A stretch of 64,000 bases of DNA from the human T2T-CHM13v2.0 reference genome, Homo sapiens: NCBI RefSeq assembly GCF_009914755.1, contig NC_060926.1; one strand, written 5' to 3'. Below the pieces are notes generated by a model that saw only the letters and a program-made list of their open reading frames with translations, had not been told where the DNA came from and did no database searches. The translations under genes and the position numbers were made by a program. Below, one piece after another: positions 38,393 through 53,300 of the stretch (positions are counted from its first letter, which is position 1; each line of letters starts with the position of its first letter).

Positions 38393-40269
38393 AAAAATGG
38401 AATCAAGGAGAGAGGAAGAGAGAGAGGGAAGGAGAAAGAAAAATGTAGCAATTGAAAGAAAATAATCAAAAGTGTTCACAAATAATATGGTCTTTGTTGA
38501 AAATATTGAAATATCTACAGATAATTTATTGGGACAAATGAGAGTGTTTATCAGGATTGTTAGGTAATAGTTCAGTGTCAAACTACACAACTTTTTAAAA
38601 AAAATCAATGGTGTCTAATAGAAACAGATTAGGAAATATGATTTTTAAATATTCACAACAGAAACTAAAATACAAAACACAATGAGATATTTATGAAGGA
38701 AAATATTGAAGAAAGACCTAAATATGTATATATTATTATATATTTATTTTTATATAACATTTTAAGGGTGGGAAGATTTACTATGTAAAATATACCGATT
38801 TTCCTTAAAAAAAATTATTCTAAAAGAAAACGACAAGAAAGTAAACCAACCTTCCAGAATGATGTCTCCCAGGGATGTCAGTTAAGACTCCCTGAGGCAT
38901 CAAATAGAAAGTTAATGGGAGATATGGATATAATTGCTGCTGTATCAGTGCCTTAAGCATTTCCTGTTTCCCATCACTTGTTTTGCTGAATGGTTTTGTT
39001 AAATGATTTCTTTCTTTGCTTCCCCTCCCACCTTCCTTTTGAATTTTGCTTTTAAAAATCCCTGTAATTAGTTTCTCTGTGTTATCATGCTAGTATCATT
39101 ATAGATTCTTGTGTATTTGCTGTGTGTGCTACTTTTCTAGAAACCAAGCAGTTTAAGGAAAAGATGTAATTTATTAGAGTTTAAAGAATACAGAGAGCAA
39201 ATATGAAGGGTTATATAAAATTTATATAGGCGTTCAGGTTACTCATATTTTTATCATAGTTATGTAAATGTTAATCACAATCAAATTCTAAATACTGAAA
39301 ATGCAGATGTAGAAGCCATTGTTATATTTTAAGAATAATTATTAAATTGTCCTCTTGCTATCGGTTATAAACTGTGTTCTTCCGTCTGAAGGAATGTAGC
39401 TTGGTGGTACGAACTGGCATAGTATGTTCTGTCTTAGTTCATTTATGTTGTTTTGAGCATTTGTGTCTACCACAAGTATGCAAAGCCCTGTCCCATGTAA
39501 GTGTCTATTCTGTCGAGACCCATTGATAGCCTCCCTGGGTTACCAGTAGTGGTCTGATGTAGTCTACTTGCCAGCTATGTGCCGGGCCTCCCCCCAGGGG
39601 ATTTGTACAGTCACCTATTATTCAATAGTGATCTGTATGCCTTGCATCAATCCATGCTTCTCCATTTTGCAACATTCAAAACTAAGAAGACTTCTAAATT
39701 AGTCACTCAATCCATTTAGTAAAGGTTTTTCAGGAAGCCGATGATACTGAACTGCAAAAGGAAACAATTCCTTCACATTATGCTGCCTGGTTTCAGTAGT
39801 TTTTTTGTTTCCTCCCACCGTAGTGATTTTTCACTATTATTTTTTCCCTTTCATAGCGGCTTTAAGGCTACATGCTCTAGCTCAGATTGTCCCAAACCTA
39901 AGGTTGATGCAGTAACAGTGTCTACCCCAACATTTTGCTTTATTTTGAGCTTAGCTATTACAGATAAAAGAAAAACCAAAGGACTGTATATTTAGCTTGC
40001 TTATCATTATTTTGCATTTCCTTATGTATCCAGTGAGCAAACTACTTAGGAGTTGGGTCTACCACTTCTAAATTCTACTGGTAACTTTCACTTCTAGTAA
40101 CTGATCATAGCATGGCTGCTGTCTCATACCCAAGGGGACTTGGTAGCTACCTAGGCATCAAAAGTTAATCTTTCTTTGTTCCTTACACTTCCCCCAAACA
40201 ATGATTTTACCATGCTTCCATGATTCAGTCATTCTAGAGAATCGCACTTCTGATGCTTAACTGTATTAA

Positions 40270-41500
40270 CTTAATTGATGAAAAAAAGACATGTGATGAA
40301 ATTCAACCTTCATTTATAATAAACTCCCAGCAAACCAAAAAGGGAATTTCTTCCATTTGAGGACATCTGAAAAAGTCACTCCCTTCTAGTCTACAATTAT
40401 CCTTATACGTCAACAGTTAAAGACTAAATGCTTCTCCCTTAACATCAGGAAGAAGGTGAGAATGTCTGTTCTGATACTTCCCCTGAACATTTCTGATACT
40501 CTCTTTTCCAGTTTTAGAATTTTCATTGGAAGCTTTTAAAAAATATAGCTCCCAATTCTTTGCTGAAATTCTCTCTTCATGCATGTTGTCTACATTTCTC
40601 CCTGAATCTGTTAGCATTTTTATCACAGATAAGTTAAAGATAATAATCCAACCTCTGAGCCATTCCTGGGCCGCCTTCTGTTGACACTTTTCTACCTTGA
40701 CCATGGGCCACAGTGTTATGCTTATTTTTGTGTCTCATAGTGTTTGATTATATAGAGAACATTTTGCATAAAAGGATACTAGACACTAAAGTTAATATTT
40801 ACCTCCTAAAAAAAGCATGCTGCTTTTCTTGTCAACTGCTAGAGGAGCACCTAAGTTAGTGTGGTTATCTGTTGTTGTTGAGCTGTTCACTCATTCGTTC
40901 ATTAATTAATTAATTCATTTGCCTTTCATTTGACTCAGTTCACCACTGGCTTCAACACTTTTGAAAGTGGGATCAGGACTTTCCTTTCAATAGTGTTTGG
41001 GATTATACATCGGAAAATTTCCAGAAATTTCTTGGTGCTTTACAGGTGAACCACCAGCTTTCCTAACTATGGGTGATCTCTCTCTCCTCTATATTCTGAC
41101 TGCCAGCTTTTTGGGATGCTGGGGCATTCTTTTTGTACCAGGTGAAGGACTATTGGAAAATGTTGGCGTGTGGGTGTAGATACACTCTGACTGGGGCTTC
41201 TTTGAATTCTAGTGTGTAATGCCATATGGTGGTTAAAAGTTTGTTAAAAGTTCTGTTCATTCCTCCTTCAACCCATCTGTGGTACATTTGTCCTCATTCC
41301 TGTCATTATGCCTGAAACATAAGCAGCTGTGGTCTTTTTTTCTCCTATGAAAGGCTTGGCTCATTCATTTATTGAATTAATTTAGATTTCTTCGTATCTT
41401 CAGATTCCTAATTGGCTTAAAAACTATGATGTTGCAACTTACTTGATTTGTTTTGGTTATTAGGGTGAGAGTTATGGTCTCTTTTGACTTTCTATATCCT
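40270..41500. mobile_element. Old L1M fragments (sense ORF2 piece ~40270-40490, antisense piece after)
   Basis: aaattcaaccttcatt...aaagactaaatgcttctccc..aacatcaggaa, then ttctttgctgaaattctc...catgttgtctacattt. Boundaries approximate. Confidence 0.5.
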
Positions 41501-41764
41501 AATCAAATGCATTTTAATTAATTATGCTGCTCTACCTTTCTGTCGAGAGTTAAGTGCTTTGATTATTGTGATATTTCCTATCTAACAACGAAATACCTTA
41601 AAACTGTGTATTGGCATTTGAGTTAAACTGTGCCTATATCCCATACATTTTTATATATCATGCTTTCATTGTCATTAATTTATAATTTTTTCACTTAAAA
41701 CAATTTCTAAATATTTTTAATTGCAGTTGATTTCATTTCTCCCCAGGATTACTGAAGAAGAGGG

Positions 41765-41765
<1 letters not shown>

Positions 41766-41806
<41 letters not shown>
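41766..41806. repeat. (TG)20 microsatellite
   Basis: Perfect dinucleotide run. Confidence 0.97.
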
Positions 41807-41810
<4 letters not shown>

Positions 41811-41980
41811 TCAATTCCAGTTTTGTTACATTGTGATCGGAGAGTATAGTCAGATAAATTTCTGCTTTGGGGGGAGTCCTGGGGTTCTCATGTTCTAACA
41901 CTTAATAGCACTATGTTTGAGTCAGAGTACTAGGGGCGTTGGGCATACAGGTAAGCAATTAATATCTATTGAATGAATGA

Positions 41981-42403
<423 letters not shown>

Positions 42404-42658
42404 TAGAACGTCTATTATTTTTCCTAATTGATCAAAGACTGAGGGAGGTGTGTTGTTTCCTGCTGGCTTTTCTGTCATTTTTCTTCTTATTTTTTCTTAA
42501 AAAAATTACTCTTGTGTTTTCGTTGCTCTTATTTAATACTTAATGACTCATGCTAGTTATACTTTTTAATCACTCTCTTTTGTTTGAAAAGCTTTTTGTA
42601 TGCTTAGACTTTTAAACTTTTTTTTAATATCACTTTTTTCAGTCATTCTTATGAATGA

Positions 42659-43006
<348 letters not shown>

Positions 43007-43599
43007 AACACATTTTAATTTATTGCCGTAACTGTATATTTTGCCTAATACTTCCATATTGTTTTTATTTTCTATTTTTTATTCACTTTTCCTCCTATCA
43101 CTGCTCTTTCTTCTCTCTTTTCTTTTTTCTTCTTCTGCTTCCTGTCACCTCATACCTCCTCCTCCTCCTTTTCCATTTACCTATTGCTATGTAGACAACT
43201 TTTTCGTCACTGTTATCCTTGTTTCTCTTCAAATTATTTTCTAATTTTACATGGTTTTAAATTTAACCTTAACTTTGAATGATGCTTGACCTTATATTTT
43301 TATAATTCCTAAGAAGCAAATAAATCACTATTTCTTAACTGTTTAACCATAAAAGATGAATAATGGGAAATATGTGTCTAATTTGGCTATACATTGTAAT
43401 GATCATTTAATCTCAATAGTTCTTACTATTAATGCAAATATTTCCTGATTTCTGCAATTACTTGGCTTGTAGTCCTAATTTTCAGCATTGTTAAAATGCA
43501 TCACTTCTGCATTTTCATAGCTATCTTCTTGGGAAACAGAACAAGGCTGATTCACATCTTACCAGCCAGGTGCCATTTTGTGAATTCACCTTTGCTAAA

Positions 43600-43830
43600 G
43601 TTTCTAATGGTTGCTGGAAGAACGTAGAAAAGCTATTGATTTTTCTTGTTTATCTTTTATTCAGCTAATTTACTGAACTGCCTTATTAATTCAACTGGGT
43701 TTTCAATTGATTCTCTATAATTTTCTGATTATACAATTATATTATCTAGAAATAATGAAAATTTTGTATGCAATTTTCCAGATTTAGTGTTTCTAAATTA
43801 TTTCTTCTATCTTGTTTCACTGGTAAGTAT
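43600..43830 (-). mobile_element. Old L1M ORF2 fragment
   Basis: gaaaagctattgattttt...tttactgaact...ttcaattgattctct...atacaattatattatct. Confidence 0.55.
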
Positions 43831-46054
43831 GCTTTGGCTGTTTGTTCAAGACACACTATTGCTTTAGCAATCACTACATTGTCTTTTTAAAAATAAATGC
43901 TCACAAACTAACTGTATAATCAGTTCCTGAATATTTAGATTTTTGCCACATACCCACATCTGTAGCTTCCATAATCCTTCCTTTTTTTCTGATTGAACAT
44001 AATAATTTCAAGGCATCTGGATATTCTATAAACATTTTTCCAAATTACTAACCTGGCTCTGAGATCATGTTTCTTCAAGTTAGAATTAATATGAACCTAG
44101 TGTTTTAAGTTCAGTACAGAGTAGTTATATGCTCTCTCTTACTGTCTCCTCACTTATGACATGTTTTATTCCTCTACCTAAAATGATTATCCCACCTTCT
44201 GTTCTATAGGTTGAAGCATATGAATTTGTCTTTAGATGAAAAGAGGAATCTATGGGGACTCCTTCTTAACCTATTCATATGGGTTAATCTAATACAAGCA
44301 GCCTTAACACGTAGGACTTTAGGAACACATTCCTGTTTTTTGTGGTTGCAACTGACAAGTAAATAGTGGAACCTGTACTAGTCCCAGGTCAGGATACTCC
44401 TTTGTGCTAGGCATCCTCCCTTGAATGGGCTTGGTGGGCATTTAATATGATGGAAGTTACTCCAGTTAGACAATAGTTTGACTGCTACTGAGACGCAATT
44501 TCCAAAGGAAGCCAAAGTAACCCATTTTGGGTTTGGGTTGTAACACCCCAAAGCAGTCACATGTGTGATTAGGGTTTAGTTTCCTTATAATTTTGTTCTC
44601 CCCAGTCCCCCAATTGTATTCATTGGTTATTTCCACCTGGATTGCTGTTCTAGAGGCTGGGTTTTAAGTCAGCATTCTTAAACCTAATTTTTTAGGGGTG
44701 ATGTTGATGTCTAGCCTTCCCTTTCCTCATTAACAGGAGCTAACAGACTCTTTCTAATGAAAGCCCCTCACTCACCAACCTGTTTTTTCATGTTGGCTAG
44801 AAGGAAAAGCAGTGTGATACTGTGAAGTCAGATTTCTGTTCTCTATTTCTGACTCCATTCCTCATTTGTTTGGAAACCGTTGGCAAAAGTGGGCAAGAGA
44901 TAATATGGAATAATAAAGTTTGTTATAAAGGAATACCTGAGAAAATCAAGGACAGAGGAAGTACAGCATTTAAGTGAGGATAAAAACATAAGTGGCCAAA
45001 TGGAGGAAAAATGTGTCTTATTCTTTCCACAGATTACAAAGGCGAAATGAGTACTGAGGAATTTAGGTATTCAGGTATCTGCTGAATTATCTGAGCTAAA
45101 TAGCACTCAAAGCTAAATTCTGTACTTCTTGATTATTTAATTTCTCAGAAGTTAGAGTTAGAAACTTGATATCTGCTACTTTGAACCTAATTTGGGGCTA
45201 GTCAATTAATTAAATATTCTAGAACTTGGAACAGAATGACTACCACCCTTGAAGATCTCATGCAGTCCTGGAAAAAGAATGGTGAACAAAGGGAAGTGCC
45301 TTAATTTTGGGAAAGCAAATTCCAAGTAAGAGCTAAAATAGGCATACTCTTGTAGCCTGAAAGCATAAAAGGAAACAGTCTCCAAAGCTTGAGAGTTTTC
45401 AAGAGTAAAATTCCAAATATAAAAGTAAAAGATTCATATGACTCAAAAGAGATGGAAGCAAATATGGTGTTGCTCATCTTCGTAGAGCCTTATGAGATTT
45501 TAAATATTTATAAAAGGTGAAGGAGATGCATAACTAAGAACTAATGTAAAACTTCAACATGGTCTTGTAAGATTATCAGGAAGGCCAATAGAAGAATAAA
45601 CTGAAGTTTGGAAACAGAAAAGGGATTCGGTGGAGAGCACAGGGTTCAGTTTTTCTGATGTTATTAACTTCCATGCTATTGATAAGGGTGATCCAGGGCA
45701 TGGAAAACCTCTTGGTTATATGCAGCATCTAAGGGCATCACTCTAGCTCCCACTTCCTCCTTTCTCCGCACTACTTTTTGTGGCACAGCTGGATTCTGTC
45801 ATTCTAGTGAAAACCTTAGATAAATGCTTTGATAAGGCATATCTCTTCTTTGCTCATAAAGTTTTTATGGATTTTTAAATAAAATTTTCAACCATACAAA
45901 AAAGTAGAATTAACACACATATACCTACTACATTCGTGTTGATATAGTTTTATCTTTATATATGCTCAACTGGTTTAAAGTAAATTGCAGAAATGAATTT
46001 ACCTGAACACTGTAGTATATATTTCCAAATTAACATTCATCTATATAGATGCAA

Positions 46055-48281
46055 TGTATTAGTCTGCTCTCACACTGCTGTATACCTGAGACTTGATAAT
46101 TTATAAACAAAAGAGTTTTAATTGACTCAGTTCTGCATGGCTGGTGAGGACTCAGGAAACTTACCATCATGGTGGGAGGTAAAGGGGAAGCAAGGCATGT
46201 CTTACATGGCAGCAGGAAAGAGAAAGAACAAGCAAATGGGGAAACTGCCACTTTTAAACTGTCAGATCTCATGAGAACTCACTATCATGAGAACAGCATG
46301 GGGAAAATCACCACAATGATCCAATCACCTCCCACCAGGTCCCTCCCTTGACATGTGGAGATTACAATTCCAGATGAGATTTGGGTGAAGACACAGAGCC
46401 AAACCATAACATTCAATCCTGACCCCTCCCAAATCTCATGTCCTTCTCACATTGCAAAATCAATCATCCCAACAGTCCCTTAAAGTCTTAACTCATTCCA
46501 GTATTAACTCAAAAGTCCAAGTCCAAAGACTTATCTGAGACAAGGCAAGTCCCTTCTGCCTATGAGCCTGTAAAATAAGGTAGTTACTTCCAAGATACCA
46601 TGGGGTTACAGGCATTGGGTAAGTGTTCCCTTTCCAAGTGGGAGAAATTGGCCAAAAAAAAAGGGGCCACAGGCCCCATGCAATTCTGAAAACCAGCAGG
46701 GCAGTCATTAAATCTTAAATCTCTGAAAAATGATCTCCTTTGACTCCATGTCTCACATGCAGAGCATGCTGATGCCAGGGGTGGGCTCCGAAGACCTGTG
46801 TCTGTGGCTTTTCCAGGAGCATGGTGCAAGCTGTCAGTAGATCCACTATTCTGGGATTTGGAGAATGGGGTGGCCCTCTTCTCACAGCTCCACTAAGCAG
46901 TGCCCCAGTGGGAACTCTGTGGGGGGGCTCCAATCCCACATTTCCCCTCTGCATTGCTCTAGCAGGGGTTCTCCATGAGGGCTCCATCCTTGCAGCAGAC
47001 TTCTGCCTGGACATCCAAGCATTTTCATTCATCCTCTGAAATCTAGGTGGAGGCTCCCAAAGCTCAACTATTGTCTTCTGAGCACATGCAGGCCCAACAC
47101 CATGTGGAAATTGCCAAGGATTAGGGCTTGCATCTTCTGAAGCCACAGCCCAAGCTATACCATGTACTGAGCCTGCACAGAGCAGTGGGGCCCTGGGCCT
47201 GGCTCAAAAAACCATTTTTCTCTCCTAGCCCTCCAGACTTGTGATGGGAGGGGCTGCTGTGAAGATCTCTGAAATGCCCTGGAGACATTTTCCCCAATGT
47301 CTTTGCTGTTAACATTTGGCTCCTTGTTACTTATGCAAATGTCTGCAGCCAGCTTGAATTTCTCTCCACATAATGGGTGTTTCCTTTCTACTGCATGGTC
47401 AGGTGGCAAATTTTCCAAATTTTATGCTCTGCTTCCCTTTTAAACATAAGTTCCAATTTTAGATCAGATCACCTCTTTGTAAATACTTATGACTAGCTTT
47501 CAGAAAAAGCCAGGTCATATCTTGAATGCTCTGCTGCTTAGAAATTTCTTCTGCCAGATACCCTAAATCATCTCTCCCAAGTTCAAAGTTCCACAGATCT
47601 CTAGGGCAGGGACAAAATGCCACCAGTCTCTTTGCTAAAGCATAGCAAGGGTGACTTTTGCTCCAGTTCCCAACAAGTTTCTCATCCCCATCTAAGACCA
47701 CCTCAGCCTGGACTTCATTGTTCATGTCACTATCAGGATTTTGGCCACACCATTCAACAACTTTCTAGGGAATTCCAAACACTCCCATATCTTCCTGTCT
47801 TCTTTTGAGCCCTCCAAACTATTTTAACCTATGCTTGTTACCCAGTTGCAAAGTTGCTTCCACATCTTCAGGTTATCTTCACAGTAGTATCCCACTATCC
47901 CAGTATCAATTTTCTGTATTAGTCTGTTCTCACACTGCTATAAAGTTATCACCTGAGACTGAGTAATTTATAAACAAAAGGGGTTTAAATGACTTACAGT
48001 TTTACATGACTGGTGAGGCCTTGGAAACTTATGATCATGGTGGGAGGTGAAGGGGAAGCAAGGCACATCTTTTATGATGGTAGGAAAGAGAGAGAGCAAG
48101 CAAAGGGGAAACTGGCACTTTTAAACAATCAGATTTCATAAGAACTCACTCACTATCATGAGAACAGCATGGGAGAATTGTCCCCATGATCCAATTACCT
48201 CCTACCAGGTCCCTTCCTTGATACATGGGGATTACAATTCCAGAGGAGATTTGGGTGGGGACACAGAGCCATACCACATCA
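46055..48281 (-). mobile_element. Full-length THE1D (MaLR): 3' LTR 46055-46411, internal 46412-47914, 5' LTR 47915-48281
   Basis: Two homologous LTRs (tgtattagtc...acacagagcc..acca.a.ca), THE1-int ORF remnants (46715-47146, 47155-47418, 47459-47725), and a degenerate 5-bp TSD tgcaa/cataa. Confidence 0.93.
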
Positions 48282-49880
48282 CATAATATTACAATATTTT
48301 AAGAACCATTAAAAATAATAGTAGCTTGCCTTATTCACTCCTAGAAGCAGGGTAAACAATAGTAGCTATACTAATTTGTTAAGAGATATGCAATATAAAA
48401 ACAAACTGGGACACAATTCAAACTGTGAGATGGGTAGTGAAATAAAAGTTTAAAGTATTTTTGATGATCAAAGAAGTTGTTATCAGCTTATAATAACATA
48501 ACTATAAAATATTTATTGTAATCCTCATGATAGGCACACAAGAAAATCTATAGTAGATATACACATAATAATAAGCAAGGAACCAAAACATACCACTACA
48601 GAAAATCACTTAACCACAAAGAAAGACAGCAAGAGACATAGAAACAAGGGACCTACAAAACAATGAGAAAACAAGATGACAGTAGTAAGTGCTTCCTACC
48701 AGTAATTCCCTTGAATGTAAATAAATTACCTAATGAAAAAACAGTAGCTGAATGGATTAAAAAAAAACGATTCAACTACCTGCTATGTACAGGGGATTCA
48801 TTTACCTGCAAGAATACACTGAAAGTGAAAGGATGAAAAAAAAAATTTTGTGCAAATGGAAATTGAGAAAGAGTAGCTACACTTATATCAGATAAAATAA
48901 ATCCTAAGTCAAAAACTGTAAAAGAATGCAAAGAAGATCATTATATAATAACAAGGTCAGCTCAGTAAAAGGATGTAAAAATTGAAAATATTTATGCACT
49001 CAACACCAAAGCACCAAGATATGTAAAGCAAGTATGAATAGATATGAATGAAGAGATAGACTGCAATACAATAATAGTAGGGGCTGTCAACACTCCACTT
49101 CTGGCAATGGAAACATAAAGCAGAAAGAAATAGGGAAACTTTGTACTTAAACTCTATACACTAGATCAAATGAACCCAACAGACAAATACAGAACATTTC
49201 ATCCAACAGCTGCAGAATACACATTTTTCTTAGCTTTTTGAGAAAACCAACAGCACATGAAACGTTCTCCATTATAGATGATATGTTAGGGTACAAAACA
49301 AGTTTTGGTAAATCAAAAGATTGAAATCATATCAAGTATCTTTTCTGACTACAATGGTAGAAAACTAAAAATCAGTAGCAGAAGAAATGTAGAAAATGTA
49401 GAAAAATACACCAATACATAGAAATTAAACAACATTCTCCTCAACCAATGGATTCATAGAGAAATTAAAAGGGAAATTATTTTAAAATTTCTTGAGACAA
49501 ATTTAAATAGAAATACAACATAAAAGAACCTATTGGTTAGAACCAAAGCAGTTCTAAGAGGAAAGTTTATAGTAATAAATACCTATATAGAAAAAAAAAT
49601 CTCAAACAACCTAACATTGCACCTTATAGAACTAAATGAAAACAAACTCAACCCAAAATTACTAGAAGGAAGAAAATAACAAAAATCAGAGCATAAATAA
49701 ACTGGTGACTAGAAAAGCAGTAGAAATGATGAAAAAATGAAGAATTGGTTTTCTCAAAAGATAAAATCAACAAACCTTTAGCCTAAACTAAAAAAAAAAA
49801 AAAAAGAAGACTCTAATAAAATTAGAGATGAAACAAAAGGCATTACAACTGAGACCACATTAATACAAAGGATCATAAGA

Positions 49881-50025
49881 AAATTGGCTTCAGCCTTATA
49901 CTGCTTGCCTGGGAGATGGGTGCACCAAAATCTCACAAATCACCACTAAAAAAACTTACTCATATAACCAAATACCACCTGTTCCCCAAAATCCTATGGA
50001 AATAATAAGTTTTAAAAAAAATACA
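49881..50025 (+). mobile_element. Short L1MA1/2-like 3' end nested in the L1MA ORF2
   Basis: gatgggtgcaccaaaatctcacaaatcaccactaaa...taaccaaataccacctgttcccc...ctatggaaat. Confidence 0.8.
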
Positions 50026-50325
50026 GGCCAGGTGTGTTGACTCATGCCTGTAATCCCAGCACTTTGGGAGGCTGAGGCGGGTGGATCACGAAGTCAGGAG
50101 TTCAAAACCAGCCTGGCCCAACATGGTGAAACCCTGTCTCTACTAAAAATACAGAAAATTAGCTGGGCGTGGTGACAGGTTCCTGTAATCCCAGCTACTC
50201 AGGAGGCTGAAGTAGGAGAATCGCTTGAACCTGGGAGGCAGAGATTGTGCCATTGCACTCCAGCCCGGGCAACAGTGTGAGACTCTGTCTCTAATAATAA
50301 TAATAACAATAATGCTATAATAATA
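50026..50325 (+). mobile_element. AluS (Sg/Sx-like) in the tail of the nested L1, with a ~16-bp deletion in the right arm
   Basis: ggatcacgaagtcaggagttc; gaggcagag|attgtgcc lacks gttgcagtgagccgag; (TAA)n tail. Confidence 0.92.
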
Positions 50326-53300
50326 ATCACAACAAAGCTAAATTTAAAAAAGAGACTTATGAACAATTATATCCCAACAAACTGGAAGAAATTGATAAAT
50401 TCCTGGACACATACAATGTATCAAAATTGAATTATGAAGAAATAGAAAATCTTAACAGAGCATTAACAAGTAAGGAGATTGAGTTAGTAATAAAGTCTCC
50501 TATTAAAGAAAAGACTAGGACCTGACAGTTTTACTGCTGAAGTCTATCAAATATTTAAAGAAGAACTAACATAAATTCTTCCCAAACTATCCAAAAAATT
50601 AAAGAGGGATAACTTTCAAAGTCATTCTATGAGGTCAGCATTACCATAATATCAAAACCAGACAAGTGCACACAAAGAAATCTATAGGCCAATATCCCTA
50701 TGAACATAAATACAAAAAATCCTCAACAAATTACTAGGAAATCAAATTCAACAGCACACTAAAAAGATAATTTACCACGATCAAGTGGGATTTATCTCGG
50801 GGATGCAAGGATGGGTCAAGATATGCAAATCAATAAACTCGATACATCACATTAACAGAATGAAGGAGAAAAACCATACAATCATTTCAATAGATGCAGA
50901 AAAGGCATTTAAAAATATTCAATGTCCCTTTATAAAAACTTGTATCTCAACACAATAGATTGTTTTCTCAATTTTTCAGATAGTGCACTGTAAGAAAACA
51001 ATCTCATTTATAATAGCTACAAAAAATAAAGTACTTAGGAATAAATTTAATTGCAGAGGTGAAAAATCTCTACACTGAAAACTATAAAACATTGATGAAA
51101 TTGAAGATACAAATAAATGGAATGATATCCTGTGCTCAAGGATTAGAAGAATTAATATTTTTTAAATGTCCGTACTTCCCAAAGCAATCTACAAGTTTAA
51201 TGCAATCTCTATGAAAATACGATATTGTTGTTCACATAAATAGAAAAAATCCTAAAATTTGAATGGAACCATGAAAGACTCCAAATAGTCAAATCAGTAC
51301 TGAGCAAAATAAACAGAGCTGGCGGCATCACATCCTGACTTCAAAATGTACTATAAAGGTATAGTAACCAAAATGGCATGGTACTAACATAAAAAGAAAT
51401 ACATAGGAAATACATAGACCAATGAAACAGAATAGAGAGCCCAGAAACAAATCCACACATTTAATTGGCTAATTAATTTTTGACAAAGGTGCCAAGAATA
51501 TACAACAAGGAAAGAACAGTCTCTTTAATAAATGGTGTTGGAAAAAGTGGATATCTATATGAAGTAGAATAAAACTAGACCTTAGTCTCACATCATATAA
51601 AATATCAACTCACACTGGATTAAAGACTTAAATATAATACCTGAAGCTATGCAACTACTCAGAGAAAATGTAGGGGAAAAGCTCTGTGACATTGGTTTGG
51701 TTAATAATTTTTTTTGGTTGAAACCTCAAAAGGACAGGCAACAAAAGCAAGACTAGACAAATGGGATTATATCAAACTAGAAAATTTCTGCACAGCAAAA
51801 GAAACCATCTACAAAATGAAGAGGCAACCTACAGAAATGTTTGCAAGCTACACATCTGATAAGAAATTGATATCCAAAAAAAATAAGGAATCCAAACAAG
51901 TTAATAGCAAGATAACCATCCGATTTAAAAATGGGCAAAATACTAGAATAGACGTTTCTCAAAAGAAGACATACAAATGGCCAACAGATATATAAAAACA
52001 TGTTTAACATTACTAATTATCAGAGAAACGCAAATCAAAACTACAATGAGATATCAGTTCAGGTCTGTTAAAATGTCTCTTATGAAAAAGACAAAAAGGT
52101 AATGATAGTGCGGATGTGGAGAGAACAGAACTCTTGCACAATATTCGTAGGAATTTAAATTAGTAGAGTCATTATGGAAAACAGTATGGAAGTTCCTCAA
52201 ACAAAAATAGAACTACTATAAGATACGGCAAACCCACTAAGGGGTACATATCCAAAGGAAATGAAATCAGTATGTTGAAAAGATATCTGCACTCCGTGTT
52301 TACTGAAGCACTATTCACAATAGTCAAGATATGGAATCAACCTAAGTGTCCATCAGTGGTTGCATGGATGAAGAAAATATGGTATATACACAATGTAATA
52401 CCGTTCTGCCGTAAAAAATACAAAATCTTGTCATTTGTGACAATGTGGATGAACCAGGAGGTAATTATATTAAGTGAAATAAACCAGAGACAGAGAATTA
52501 CTGCATGATCTCACACACATTTGGAATATAAAAATGTTGATTTCTTAGAAGTAGAGAGTATAAGAGTGGTTACCAGAAGCTGGAAGAGTTGAGTAGGTGG
52601 GTTTAGGAGTTTGTTGGTCAAAGAATACAAAATTCTAGGAGGAATAAGTTCAAGAGATTTATTGAACAGCATGATTACTTCAGTTAATAATGATATTATA
52701 TTCTTGAAAAATGCTGAGTAGTTTTTAAGTGTTCTTGTCATAAAAATGAGAAGTATGAGATAATAAATATGTTAATTTGTTAGATGTAACCATTTTACAA
52801 TGTATATGTACTTCAAAACGGCATGTTTTACATGATAAATACATTCAATTTTATGTCAATTTAAGACATTTTTAGAAATTGAAAAAGTTTTCATATTTTA
52901 TAAAAGGATATTTTCATAATCTTTTTTTGTTCTACCCCTTCCTCACTCCCCTCTGCCCCTATATTTACTTTTCCAGGACTCCAGGCTAGTCTTCTTATAG
53001 AAAACCTCACATTCTGACTTTGTCAGACTTTTTCTCATCATATTCATTTCCTCATTGCTAAAAGTTAAATGTAAAAAGTTTGATTAGAGTTAGTTCAAAC
53101 ATTTTTGGCTAATATACTTCATAGGCAATTCACCTCAGGAGACACTTGATGCCTCCTTATTCCACCTGGCCATTGTGTTCTGGAACTCTCTTGGCTCCAT
53201 CCTCTACAGCTTGAGGGTCATTTCTGCTCCTCCCTGTCCATGCCTCAGCTCTTAGAGTGCTGGCCCAGGTGTTACTCCATGAGACATTCAGACTCTGTCC

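Larger units (their letters stand above)
48345..52866 (+). mobile_element. L1MA (L1MA5-7-like), 5'-truncated: inter-ORF region, decayed ORF2 from ~48676, and 3' UTR
   Basis: atgacagtagtaagt...ttgaatgtaaat (endonuclease start), gatcaagtgggatttatc and atcatttcaatagatgcagaaaaggcattt (RT), KWDYIKLENFCTAKET, and 3' UTR ggaggaataagttcaagagat. Confidence 0.92.

Noticed and set aside
46493-47808. Cluster of overlapping ORFs suggesting an operon-like system
   Set aside because: All lie within THE1D internal sequence. They are decayed MaLR ORF remnants and their antisense shadows.
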